This document shows positions 38,040-49,992 of a stretch of DNA of 64,000 nt, one piece after another (position 1 is the first letter of the stretch; each line of letters opens with the position of its first letter). The stretch is from assembly GCF_006345805.1 (NCBI RefSeq), contig NC_043024.1, forward strand, positions 3,596,001 to 3,660,000. Direction: 5' to 3'. Position numbers and translations under genes: made by a program. The notes beneath the pieces were generated by a model, which was not told where the DNA came from, searched no databases, and saw only the letters and a program-made list of their open reading frames with translations. Source of the stretch: Octopus sinensis (Eukaryota).

Positions 38040-38195
38040 CATACGACAGGCTTCTTTCAGTTTCCGTCTACCAAATTCCCTTACAAGACATTGGTCGGCC
38101 CGGGGCTATATAGTAGGAGACAATCGCCTAAGATGAAGAGCGGTGGAATTGAGCCCAAAAGCATGTGGCTACGAAGCGAGCTTCTTAACTACATA
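38040..38195 (-). mobile_element. SINE family A, head
   Basis: Matches the head. Confidence 0.7.
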
Positions 38196-38364
38196 GTAAT
38201 AGCTGAGAATATTTTATGGATACTAGACCAATGTGCAAATCCAACTTCTACTGGATTAAAATAATCTTTTTCTTTCTTCGTTGAAAAGCGGTGAAAGTTC
38301 TCAGTTCGAAATAAAATGTAATCCCAGCCAGGACTGTATGCAGGGGGAATAACTCTTGTTATCA

Positions 38365-38570
38365 TGTTTGAATGACGGCGAATGACCTGCTCGAATCATT
38401 GAAGTGTCGTATTTAGCCGCATTTCTTTTCGCTCCACTTTTTATGTTCAAGTTCCGCCGTCGTTCATTTTTTTCCTTTCATCGACTCGGAGTCGATAAAA
38501 TAAAGTGCCAGTCAAGTGCTGAGCTCGTTGTAATCGACTAACCTCTATCTCCCCAAATTTCAAACCTTCC
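38365..38570 (+). mobile_element. SINE family B (diverged)
   Basis: gacggcgaatgacc..gttcaagttccgccg..gtcgataaaataaagtgccagt. Confidence 0.65.
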
Positions 38571-38901
38571 GTCTTCCCGGGATTAAATAAATTGTATGTT
38601 TTCCCGTCTTGTTTTGTCTATGATAGTGTATATCAACCATATAACAATATCCTGATATAAGATATACTATGGCAGTATATCTTATGGCAAAATTCTGCTT
38701 TAAGCACTACATAGAACCCCTCATAACTTTTTTTTAATTTTTTTGAGCTTTCAGAAAATATTTGCGAATTTGTGTTGTCACACGAAGAATTCATACGATT
38801 ATGAAACAAGAATAAAAAAGTTGTGTGTGATTTAAGGGCGAGTTAAGTGTTATTTTTAACACATCTCACGACCACCTGATGCCTTCCTCGTTTCCGTGTC
38901 G

Positions 38902-38902
<1 letters not shown>

Positions 38903-38992
<90 letters not shown>
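38903..38992. repeat. (TATC)n microsatellite
   Basis: Read directly from the sequence. Confidence 0.95.
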
Positions 38993-38996
<4 letters not shown>

Positions 38997-39073
38997 GTCT
39001 CTCTGTCTATATGTATATATACATGTTTGTGTGTGTGTGTGCATATACGTGTATGTATATGTATGCATGTGTG

Positions 39074-39107
<34 letters not shown>

Positions 39108-39169
39108 TGTATATGTGAAATCCCTTGTGAGGTCTCTAATGAATGCCACTGGTAACATGGAATAAAATA

Positions 39170-39740
39170 CAAGCTATTGCATGGTCGGGTCGTCAGCGAC
39201 TAAACCGACTCTCCCACCAGGCTTGTCTGGTGAGGAGGGTTGCTAGAAACCAAGCAGGACTAAAAACAAAACCTGGCGAAAGGGCGGATGATCCTAGTGT
39301 AAGTTTCATGACTATTTGGCAGTTGTATGGGCCCTCAGAAATTCCGTGTCCGTCTCTGGTGCACTGGAAGGTCACTGGGTGTGAGGCACCCTTCAGCTTT
39401 TGTTAAAGCATGTCTCTAAGAAAAGATTACTCTGATACAAAAATAGATATGTAAGGAAAGACATAGGAATTTTGGCGATCCTTTGTTTGTGCTTGAGATC
39501 ATGTTGCACCCACATTCCTGAGCCTGCGACCCATTGACACAGGATATCTTGCCCTGGTTTGTCTCTGGATCATGTCAATAGGATGGAAAGGGTGTTGTGC
39601 AAGCCTTATTGGATCTAAAATTTTAGCTTGTGCGATCGCCGGCGAGGAAACTTTCCAACGACCCACCAAATAGGAGGCTGCCAAGGCAAGAACGGAAGTT
39701 GCGGGCGTGAACCCAGGTGAAACTGACGGTGATTGCAATT
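39170..39740 (+). mobile_element. Probable 5' UTR / ORF start of a non-LTR (RTE-like) element, 3'-truncated
   Basis: GC-richer, strongly structured 5' end; ends near a degraded KLR..WN-like APE start. Confidence 0.4.
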
Positions 39741-39849
39741 ACCTTATGCACAAGTATTGCAGATATTTAGCATGGGCAATGGTCAGTGACAGCCTTCCTC
39801 AGTCATGAGTGAACAGCCATCTTACACACACACACACACACACACAGAG

Positions 39850-40110
39850 GCACAGGGGTGGCTGTGTGGTAAGAAGCTTGCTTTCTGACCACATGGTTCT
39901 AGATTCAGTTCCATTGCATGGTAGCTTTAGTAAGTGTTTTCTGCTATAGCCTCGGACCGACCAAAGCCCTGTGAGTAGATTTGGTTGCTGGAAACTAAAA
40001 GAATCCTATTGTACATGTGTATGTGTGTTTGTTTGTTTGTACCCCACAACGCTTGACAACTGGTGCTGACATCGGCAAAAGAAACCGACAGAATAAGTAT
40101 CAGGTTCTTA
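39850..40110 (+). mobile_element. SINE family A (3'-truncated)
   Basis: Matches head and body. Confidence 0.8.
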
Positions 40111-41047
40111 AAAAAGTACCCGAGACGATGCATACGACTTTTTTATAATTGTTTATGGTATCTTTATACCTATGACGAACTTTTTCAATTTATTTTCATA
40201 TTCTTATTGCTTGCTCTAGCAAGATATTTCTGAATATGATGAATTTTTATTAGAAATTATTTTCTCTCTTTTTGGACTCCACAAAAAGTTTGAATTCTTC
40301 TACTTGAACTTATTATTTTTCTCTCACACACAGTATGACTCTTCAAAGACAGTTGCTCTGTGACTCTTCAAAGACAGTTGCTCTGTGACTCTATACTGTT
40401 TTCTTCATCCATCCTTCTCTAATTCCCTTTTTCTCTCTCTCCACTTTCCATCCTTCTCTAATTCCCTTTTTCTCTCTCTCCACTCTCCATCCTTCACTAT
40501 TTTCTATCTGTCTATATCTCTCTCTCCTTTCTCTTTCTCTCTCTCATTCTCGTTGCTCACATGTGACCATCATCCATCTTTCTTTTCATCACGTGACCAT
40601 CTTCCTTTTCCTGCAGGGCCATTCAAAAGAACGGATGTGTTTCTTTTTTTTCTCTCTCTCTTCTATTTACCTCCCGTTGTGGTCTAGCGACACCCCCCTC
40701 GTGTTTGTTTTTGCTCGATTTCCTTGTATGTCTCCACTGTTATGTTTTTGTTCCCAACTTTGACCTTCCATAAATCTTAAATTTTATTTTAGAATTAATG
40801 GGAGCAATGACTCATATTGTCATTGAATGCTCAAGACGAGGAGTAGATAGACAACAGACAACTGATGAAGGCTCCTTCATCTGTGTTCACTTGTCCTGTT
40901 TTCCATTTGTTTTCTTCTTCTTTACGTATTTAACTCATTTGTTTGCATTTTTCATGTTATTTGCACCCTTGGTGTTGTCCTGTATCCATATAAGCATATA
41001 TAATATATATACATACATACATGCATACATACATATATATATATACA

Positions 41048-41083
<36 letters not shown>

Positions 41084-41089
41084 CATACA

Positions 41090-41897
41090 TATCATCATCA
41101 TCATCATCATCATCATCATCGTTTAACGTCCGTTCTCCATGCTAGCATGGGTTGGACGGTTCGACCGGGGATCTGGGAAGCCAGAAGGCTGCACCAGGCT
41201 CCAGTCTGATCTGGCAGTGTTTCTACAGCTGGATGCCCTTCCTAACGCCAACCACTCCGTGAGTGTAGTGGGTGATTTTTACGTGCCACCGGCACAGGGG
41301 CCAGGCCAGGCTGGCAACGGCCACGATCGGATTGGTGCTTTTTACGTGCCACCGGCACGGAAGCCAGTCAAGGCGGCACTGGCATCGGCCACGTTCGGAT
41401 GGTGCTTTTTACGTGTCACCGGCACAGGGATCACAACTGCAGTTTCCATTGATTTTTGATGTTGGTGTACTTGACTCAATGGATCTCCTCAAGCTCAGGG
41501 TCGAAATGGTGTTTCTTCACTTGCCACCTGCACAGGAGTCAGTCCAGCGGTCCTGGCAACTGCCGGGTGCCAGTCATAGGATTGGTTCAATTTCGATTCC
41601 GATTTCACTTGCCCCAACAGGTCTTCACTAGCAGAGTTTAGTGTCCATTGAAGGGAGGTTGGCATGGGTGCCTGTCGTCGGATGAGGTTCGATTTCATCT
41701 TCGCTTGCCTCAACAGGTCTTCATGTGTCCAAGGGAGGAAAGGCATGCATAAGTGGGCTGGCTACATCCCTGGCAAGGGACACGGGATGGACTCACTTGT
41801 CCTGTCGGGTCTTCTCACGCACAGCATATTTCCAAAGGTCTCGGTCGCTAGTCATTGCCTCGGTGAGGCCTAAAGTTCGAAGGTCGTGCTTCAGTGA
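41090..41897 (-). mobile_element. RTE 3' end (about 0.8 kb)
   Basis: Same family as 19311-22595: KHDLRTLGLTE..DRDLWKYAV, 3' UTR, (gat)n tail. Confidence 0.9.
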
Positions 41898-42099
41898 GTG
41901 CGTATATATATACACACACATATATATACATATATGTATATTATATATTATTTACTATTTATTATATATATATATATAAGTATGTATATATATAACGGGA
42001 AGCTTTATGAAAATAGACAAAAGACGAAGGCAGGTTTACGGAAATAAACAAAAGACGAAGGCAGGTGGAATACAAACAAACAATTGTATTATGTATATA

Positions 42100-42168
42100 T
42101 AGTATATATATGTATATCCATATATATATATATTATATAGATAATATATATATATATATATATATATA

Positions 42169-42211
<43 letters not shown>

Positions 42212-42213
42212 TG

Positions 42214-42257
<44 letters not shown>

Positions 42258-42281
42258 TATAATACATATATATATATATAT

Positions 42282-42313
<32 letters not shown>

Positions 42314-42319
42314 TACATA

Positions 42320-42400
<81 letters not shown>
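42100..42400. repeat. Long imperfect (TA)n tract
   Basis: Read directly; similar tracts at 43330-43470, 45100-45480 and 51990-52294. Confidence 0.95.
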
Positions 42401-42405
<5 letters not shown>

Positions 42406-43330
42406 CAATTAAGATTCAAGTCAATTCTAATGAATCCACTGAATGCGGTACTTAACTTAGATGCACCAGAAAACTATATGGTGTTAACCATACAGTAATG
42501 TGGGGTGATTATAAACGAGAAAGAAGCAACAAGAATGGATTAGTTTTTAGTACAATTGTTTCATACAAAGACAGGCTTTATTAAAAGTTGCAAATATTGC
42601 AGCAGATAAATTAATAGCTGTTTACTGGTCAAAAATAATATTCTCCTTATAGTTCTTAGATTCCTGCAAATTCTAAGCCAGCCTGACTGTCTCCAAATTT
42701 AAGAGATTTTTTTCTGTGTAGGGGGTTACCTGCGACCCTTTCCCTCTCAGTTGTCACAGTATACTCTATGTGGGCGTTTTTTCTTTTTTCTTTTTCTTTT
42801 TCTTCTTCTCCTTTTTCTTTTTTCTTTTTTCTTTCTTTTCTTCCCTTTTCTTTCTTTTCTTTGCTCCACAAAATTCCTTCAGCCTTTAGAAATTCTAGCA
42901 GTTTTAGTAATGTGGCAAATATCTTATCATATAGCATGAAATTATACCCACCTCATTGTGGATAGATTCCTCGTCTGTGAGTATGAAATACCTCCTCATA
43001 TCTCTGGAAGTTTACACCTACACAATGGATTGATTCACCTTCTCTGTGAAGCTAATAAGCTTTTTTTAGAACCTGTGATAAGACTGTGCATCGTCATTAA
43101 AGAACTTTGGAAGTCTGTTTACAACCTGAATCTGCTTTTTATGAAATTATCTCCGATACTTCATGAGTGTAGCCTCACCCACTAAGATGTTTGGAGAACT
43201 CATATGTGTTTTAGCTGATGAGTACGGGACACTTGTATCTGCGCAATATTTGCAACTTTTAATAAAGCCTGTCTTTGTATGAAAACAATTGTACTAAAAA
43301 CTAATCCATTCTGTTGCTTCTTTCTCGTAT
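42400..43330. repeat. Unclassified repeat with inverted ends, sharing its terminal motif with the Penelope-like 3' region
   Basis: 42525-42610 is the reverse complement of 43235-43325; diverged copy at 44747-45085; (TA)n on both flanks. Confidence 0.55.
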
Positions 43331-43432
43331 ATTATATATATAATATATATTATATATATATTAATAATATATATATATATATATATAATATATATATATA
43401 ATATATATATATATATAATATATATGTACATG

Positions 43433-43477
<45 letters not shown>

Positions 43478-43715
43478 TTTTAAATGGACAAGAAAGACAA
43501 AAAAAAAACAATGCGAGGTCGTAGTTCATGCAAAGTATTAACGAGACACTCAAAGAAGGAAAGAGTGTTTATTTCATATGAATGTGTGTATGAATGTATG
43601 CTGGTGGTGCATAGTAGCGCATGTTCATGCATGGTTGTATGTATGTATGTATGTATGTATGTATGTATGTATGTATTCAATGAGCCTTGTACACCGTGTC
43701 ATGAAAGGAACTTAC

Positions 43716-44210
43716 CGATACTTTCTTCAAGGTTGATCCCTGTTGGGTAAGGTTCAACTCAAATTCTTATGGCAACAAAGCGAACCACACTTATACTTTT
43801 TCCCCACCGATTTTCCTTATTTTCATTTCGTATTTCTTTAATTTTTCTATTGGAGACATCCTACTGGCCATTGTTCTTTTAATTAATAGTTAATTAGCAG
43901 ACGACAAGAGGAGGCGGCAACGGCGGCGGTGATGGTAGTTCTTATTTGTCAAAGTATTGTCTTATTTTACACAAGGCAATCCTACATTCTATTGTGACGT
44001 CATTGAAGGGATCATGCCACTGACATTTAGCACCTTGTTCCTGCCCAACAGTACGCCCCCCACCGCCTAACCTACACTATACTCCCCACATTCCCCAAAC
44101 CTACAATATGTTCCCCCATTCCCCCTGCCTAATAACGTGTACCGCTCCTCTTTGCCCACAATGTGCCCTATCTTACTCCACCTTGCAACGAGCCTCTCCT
44201 TTCGTAAGCC
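43716..44210. promoter_or_regulatory. Possible promoter / first-exon region
   Basis: Locally CpG/GC-richer unique sequence; perfect CRE palindrome TGACGTCA at 43995-44002; minus-strand donor tcg/GTaagt at 43716/43715; plus-strand donor-like GTaagc near 44203. Confidence 0.2.
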
Positions 44211-44646
44211 CTAAATGAGAACCTCTTTCCCCAGCCCTGCAATGTACTTTCCATTCTCTCAGCCCTATTTGTACACTCATTCACTCAGACTTAAAAGATT
44301 CCCCCTTTCCTTCCAGCCCCATGATAAAGCAAACCTTTTCCTTTCACTTCTACAATTTTTCTGCAGGATCCTCAAGCCATTCCCTTCGTTACTCCAGCTG
44401 GGAAAATATACAATATCTGTTTATCTATTAATATATCAATCTGTTAAACTGTAAATCTGTTAATCTGTAAATCTTTTACTGTTTTCAGGCAGAGGAATGC
44501 AGCATTGAAGGGTTTTTAGTGGAGCACAGCAACCCACCAAGACTACTTACTGATGTCTGTTATTTATTCTATCGGTCTCTATTTATCAAATGGCTATATC
44601 AACTTTTTGATCTCACAAAAGTAAAAATACAAACAATATAAAAGCA

Positions 44647-44746
44647 NNNNNNNNNNNNNNNNNNNNNNNNNNNNNNNNNNNNNNNNNNNNNNNNNNNNNN
44701 NNNNNNNNNNNNNNNNNNNNNNNNNNNNNNNNNNNNNNNNNNNNNN
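44647..44746. other. Assembly gap (100 N)
   Basis: Run of 100 N. Confidence 1.
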
Positions 44747-45085
44747 AGAACATTTGAAGTCTGCTTACAATCTAACTTTGCTTATCATAGAACTCTCTTC
44801 GATACTTCATGAGTGTAGCCTCACCTCCTAGGATGTTTGGAAAACTCATATGTGTTTTGGCTGATGAATACGGGACACTTGTATTTGCTGTAATATTTGC
44901 AGCTTTTAATAAAGCTGTTCTTCGTATGAAACAATTGTACTGAACAATTAATCCATTCTTGTTGCTTTTTTCTTCTTTATAATCACCCCACATTATTTTA
45001 TGGTTAATACCATATAGATTTCTGGTGCATCTAATTTAAGTACCGCATTCATGTGAATTCATTGGAACCCACTTGAATCTTAATT
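44747..45085 (+). repeat. Second copy of the 42400-43330 repeat family (terminal part)
   Basis: Similar but not identical to 43110-43330, and to the reverse complement of 42400-42620. Confidence 0.6.
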
Positions 45086-45477
45086 GTTTTTACTGAAATT
45101 ACATATATATATATATGTATATATATAGGTATATATATAGGTATATATATATATGTATATATATGTATATATATATTATTGTATATATGTATATAGATAT
45201 GTATATATATATGTTATATATATATATGTATATATATGTATGTATATATATATATATATGTGTATATATATAATATATATATGTATATATTATATATATG
45301 TGTATATATATATGTATATATATATGTGTATATATGTATATATATATATATATATATGTATATTTTTATATATGTATATATTTATGTATATATGTATATA
45401 TTTATATATATATGTATATATGTATATATATATGTATATATATGTATATATATATATACATATATACACACATATAT

Positions 45478-45815
45478 ATACGACGGATTTCCTTCAGTTT
45501 CCGTTTACCAAATCCACTCACAAGACTGGTCAGCCTGAGGCTGTAATAGAAGACACTTGCCCAAGGTGCCATGCATTGAGACTGAACCCAGGACCACGTG
45601 GGTGGTAAGCTACTTACCACATAGTCACTATATATATATATATATCTTTTATCTTTATATTTTTATATATATATCTTTATATATATTTATATATATCTAT
45701 ATATATCTTTTACATGTTTCACTCATTATACTGTGGCCATGCTGGAGTCCTGCCTTGGAGAAATTTTCAGTCAAATAAAATGACACCAGTACTTATTTTA
45801 GATCTAGTACGTATT
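45478..45815 (-). mobile_element. SINE family A fragments (head 45478-45625, tail 45715-45815)
   Basis: Matches the family. Confidence 0.7.
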
Positions 45816-45879
45816 CTAGATAGACAGTAACTGTTGTTTAGTAATCATCTTTGGAAGACTTGCATGTGGGCTGCAAACC

Positions 45880-46330
45880 CTGCTCATGGTCTTTAGCAGT
45901 GATGACACCTGCTGCAGGTGAAGTTTCTTGACACAATGGAGAAGTGATGCCTTTCATCTGCTCTTTCAGGTTCTCTCCATTGTTTTTCCTCAATGGCTGA
46001 AATTTCAAGCTTCAGCAATTGGTGCCATTCATCATTCCACGGTGCCTTCTCCTCCCAGGTGTCTGGAGTTTTTTGTTATGTCTCTCCAGCACATGGTCAC
46101 CGTGGATCCTCCTACCCTGATGCAGTTTAGCATAGAAAAACCACTTTTAAAAGCATGCCACCCTCCACCCTGCAAACATATCTCATCCAGTGCAGCTGTG
46201 ATGAGATAATACGGGCCTCCACCCTTAACTGTGCCAGTGTGACACATGACCTCTACATCAAGAATGCAACCCAGCCGTCTGATACACAAGATGTTTCAGA
46301 CAACAAATTTGGATTTGTGTCATGGCCTTG
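45880..46330 (-). mobile_element. Old RTE/BovB-type LINE C-terminal fragment
   Basis: PDTWEEKA..W...FTCSRC..GFAAH, a C-terminal zinc-finger-like motif with many stops. Confidence 0.55.
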
Positions 46331-46432
46331 GTCTGCATGTGATAGAGGGCATAGAAGAGCATAGAAGGGGCAAGGGAACTTTACACCTTTATTTTCATGT
46401 TGCAGGCAATGTCATAGCATTTTAATTCATTT

Positions 46433-46472
<40 letters not shown>

Positions 46473-46473
<1 letters not shown>

Positions 46474-46953
46474 AGCGTAGGAGTGGCTGTGTGGTAAGTA
46501 GCTTGCTTACCAGCCACATGGTTCCAGGTTCAGTCCCACTGTGTGGCACCTTGGGCAAGTGTCATCTACTATAGCCTTGGGCCGACCAAAGACTTGCAAG
46601 TGGATTTGGTAGATGGAAACTGAAAGCTCATCGTATATATGTATATATATGTGTGTGTGTTTGTGTGTCTGTGTTTCTCTCCCCAACATCGCTTGACAAC
46701 CAATGATGGTTTGTTTACGTCCCTGTAACATAGCAGTTTGGCAAAAAAGACCAATAGAATAAGTATTAGGCTTACAAAGAATATATATTTTTTATTATTA
46801 TTCTCTTTCTCTTTATCTCTTTTACATGTTTCAGTCATTTGACTGCGGCCATGCTGGAGCACCGCCTTTAGTCGAGCAAATCGACCCCGGGACTTATTTT
46901 TTGTAAGCCCAGTACTTATTCTATCGGACTCTTTTGCCGAACTGCTAAGTAAC
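46473..46953. mobile_element. Tail-to-tail SINE family A pair (+ 46473-46782; - 46815-46953)
   Basis: The shared tail segment forms an inverted repeat. Confidence 0.8.
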
Positions 46954-46957
46954 GCTA

Positions 46958-46958
46958 A

Positions 46959-47020
<62 letters not shown>
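46958..47020. repeat. (ATT)n microsatellite
   Basis: Read directly from the sequence. Confidence 0.95.
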
Positions 47021-47026
<6 letters not shown>

Positions 47027-47427
47027 ATCCAAATAATTAAGTATAATAAAAATATATGGCTCTCCACAATTGACATAATTTCTGCTAAGTGTTGCTGTAG
47101 ACCAATTAATGTGCTCCTGACGCCAATTGTCTGTTTAAACCTAAGTTTTTTTTTCTAAGCTTCATTCTTTTATCATGTGTCAAGACTATAAATTATATCT
47201 TCTTCCCCACCTTAGTCTATACTATAAGTGTTTGCCAGCTCTTGAAACAGCACATCACTTGATTTGTATACTGGTGCCTTAACTTCAAAATTCCTCTAGT
47301 CTGAATACTGGCCACTCATGACTGGCTATATTTAATTTAGCTTGATGAGTTTTAAAAATCCATTTAATATATGATGAAACAGCTGTCACAAATTTAAATT
47401 CCATTTGTCTGTTTATTCTCTCTCTCT

Positions 47428-47822
47428 CTTACTTTTACTTGTTTCAGTTATTTGACTGTGGCCATGCTGGAGCACCGCCTTTAGTTGAGTAAATCGCCCC
47501 CAGGACTTATTCATTGTAAGCCTAGTACTTATTCTATCGGTCTCTTTTATCGAACCACTAAGTTACGGGGACGTAAACACACCAGCATCGGTTGTCAAGC
47601 GATGTTGGTGGTGGTGGTGGGGGAACAAACACAGACACACAAACATACACACACACATATATGATGGGCTTCTTTCAGTTTCTGTCTACCAAATCCACTC
47701 ACAAGGCTTTGGTCAGCCCGAGGCTATAGTAGAAGACACTTGCCCAAGGTGCCATGCAGTGGGACGGAACCCAGAACCATGTGGTTGGTAAGCAAGCTAC
47801 TTACAACACAGCCACTCCTCCA
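47428..47822 (-). mobile_element. SINE family A
   Basis: Full length. Confidence 0.88.
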
Positions 47823-48254
47823 CCTATTTCTATATATAAATATATAAAACACATGGATTAAACTCTCTATATACTAATCAAATTGCTTGTAGAACAATGA
47901 ACACCTAGAGAGAAACATACAGACCAACAACCTTTCCACCTCCCCAAATCCTTTTGTGAGTATCAAAGCGGGGGGGGGGGCTGATTCATTCCACTAAAAA
48001 TGTGTATATATGTATATATATATATATATGTATATTTTTATATATGTATATATTTATATATATATGTATATATATATGTATATATATGTATATATATATA
48101 TACATATATATAATAACAACAAGTAAAGAAACTGGCCATCTGAAAAATACCACCTGCTTACATTCTTTTGTGAATCCTTAAAAAAATTGCCTTTACAAAA
48201 ATGTTGACACACCCAGTTATTAATGTTTTAAATAATGGACTTTCTATCTTTGTG

Positions 48255-48681
48255 TGCCTTTGTGCCTGTGTTTGTTCCTCATCACTACTTGACAGGTGTT
48301 GATATGTTAACATCCCCATAACTTAGTGGCTTGGCAAAACAGACAGATAGAATAAGTAAGTACCAGGCATAAAAAGAAAATTAAGTGCTGGGGGTGGGTG
48401 GCGGGGGAGGGGCTGATTCATTCCACTAAAAATTCTTCACTGTTGTGCTCCAGTATGACAACAGCCTAATGACTGAAACAAGTAAAAGATTAAAGATAGG
48501 AGTGGCTGTGTGGTAAGTAGCTTGCTTACCAACCACATGGTTCCAGGTTCAGTCCCACTGCGTGGCACCTTGAGCAAGTATCTTCTATAGCTTCGAGATG
48601 ACCAAAGCCTTGTAAGTGAATTTGGTAGACGGAAACTGAAAGCAGCCTGTCGAATATATGTATGTATATATATATATATAT

Positions 48682-48722
<41 letters not shown>

Positions 48723-48943
48723 GTCTGTGTGTGTATGTATGTTTGTGTGTCTGTGTTTGTCCCCACAACATCGCTTGACAACCGATGCTGGTGTGTTTAC
48801 ATCCCTGTAACTTAGCGGTTCGGCAAAAGAGTCCAATAGAATAAGTACTAGGCTTACAAAGAATAAGTCCTGGAGTCGATTTGCTCAACTAAAGGCAGTG
48901 CTCCAGCATGGCTGCAGTCAAATGACTGAAACAAGTAAAAGAG
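48255..48943 (+). mobile_element. Tandem SINE family A (tail 48255-48495, full copy 48498-48943)
   Basis: Head-to-tail copies. Confidence 0.85.
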
Positions 48944-49188
48944 TATACTATATAATACATACATTTTCACACACACTTGCATACACATGCACTTAGTTAC
49001 TGGATAGCCACCATTACCCAGGGAACGCATGACTATGTTCTGTTTTATAGAAATAATTCATAGATTTGTTTCTCTGAAATACTGCATATATATTGTTTGT
49101 CATGAAGCTACATGTTTTAAAAATAAGATTTTTTTCTATCCTGATGATGGAGGCTCGATTTATTCAATGTTGATCGCTTCCATTGCAG

Positions 49189-49312
49189 GCACATATTGTG
49201 ATGAACTACATCTACCAACATTATTTATGGATCTCTGAGCCCCCAGAAACAGTTGTTGCACTTATAACACCTTACCCCTCCCCTTTAACTTTCTCTGTCA
49301 TTTGTATTCTGT
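49189..49312 (+). CDS. Candidate coding exon (AHIVMNYIYQHYLWISEPPETVVALITPYPSPLTFSVICIL+t)
   Basis: Acceptor cgcttccattgcAG, strong donor GTaagt, 124 nt, phase 0/1, open frame. Confidence 0.45.
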
Positions 49313-49689
49313 GTAAGTTTGATCTATAAATATATAAGGGGAGGTCAAAATTATCTGTACTTTTGCCATAACATATCTTTGTTATTGTTACATTGCCTTC
49401 TGTACATGCGTGCTTTTTGTTGGTACTACTGTGGTCATGTGATCGAAGTTTGGGCCTAATATCACCATTCAAACAAGATATAAGATACAAAATTCTCAAT
49501 AAAGATCTCCATGATAAACAACATCCTTGATTTAGTTTCCATCTTAAGGCTTAAAATATTGTTTGTTCTGACTGCCAACTTGTGAATAGCTAACATGTAG
49601 CTGTCTAAGGAAGAAGCAGGTCTCTTCCATGTCTAATGCACTTTCTTGCATTGAGTGGCTTTTGAATGATGCCACCCTGCTGGTTAGGT

Positions 49690-49860
49690 GGGCAGATCAA
49701 CCGTTTCTCTTAAATAGAATGCCACTCTGTGGCAGGGTTACCTGTTTACAGCTATGTGGACTGGAACAATGTGGAATGAAGTGTTTTACTCAAGAACACA
49801 ATGGACTACTTGTTTGGGGATTGAAACCATGATCTTGCAACTATGAATGCAACTACCAGG
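49690..49860 (-). mobile_element. SINE remnant (family C/D-like)
   Basis: ttcttgagtaaaacacttcattccacattgttccagtccacatagctgtaaa on the minus strand. Confidence 0.55.
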
Positions 49861-49888
49861 CCACTTGCTTTACACAACAATTATATAG

Positions 49889-49992
49889 CAGTGGTAAACC
49901 TTGATGTGATGAAATGTTTACCAAACAAGAACCATGACACAGAAATACTTCTAAATATTGTAGTAAGATTTGTTGAAAAATATATATTATAA
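49889..49992 (+). CDS. Candidate terminal exon (SVVNLDVMKCLPNKNHDTEILLNIVVRFVEKYIL*)
   Basis: Phase-1 compatible with 49312 and open to TAA at 49990-49992; the acceptor (aattatatAG) has a weak pyrimidine tract. Confidence 0.35.

Noticed and set aside
39183-39310. HDV-like or twister ribozyme call
   Set aside because: No pyrimidine-rich L3/P1.1 or GG after P1, and no twister core; kept only as an unassigned structured element.
43110-45085. Assembly duplication across the N gap
   Set aside because: The similar segments (43110-43330 and 44770-44990) differ at many positions, so they are separate repeat copies.
45153-45608. Numerous YI/CV/HT-rich ORFs (here and at 15299, 23565, 59683, 62471 and others)
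   Set aside because: These are translations of TA/CA/TACA microsatellites.
49141-49200. Another CTGATGA + hairpin motif
   Set aside because: It overlaps the acceptor of a candidate exon and lacks the shared repeat terminus; probably coincidental.
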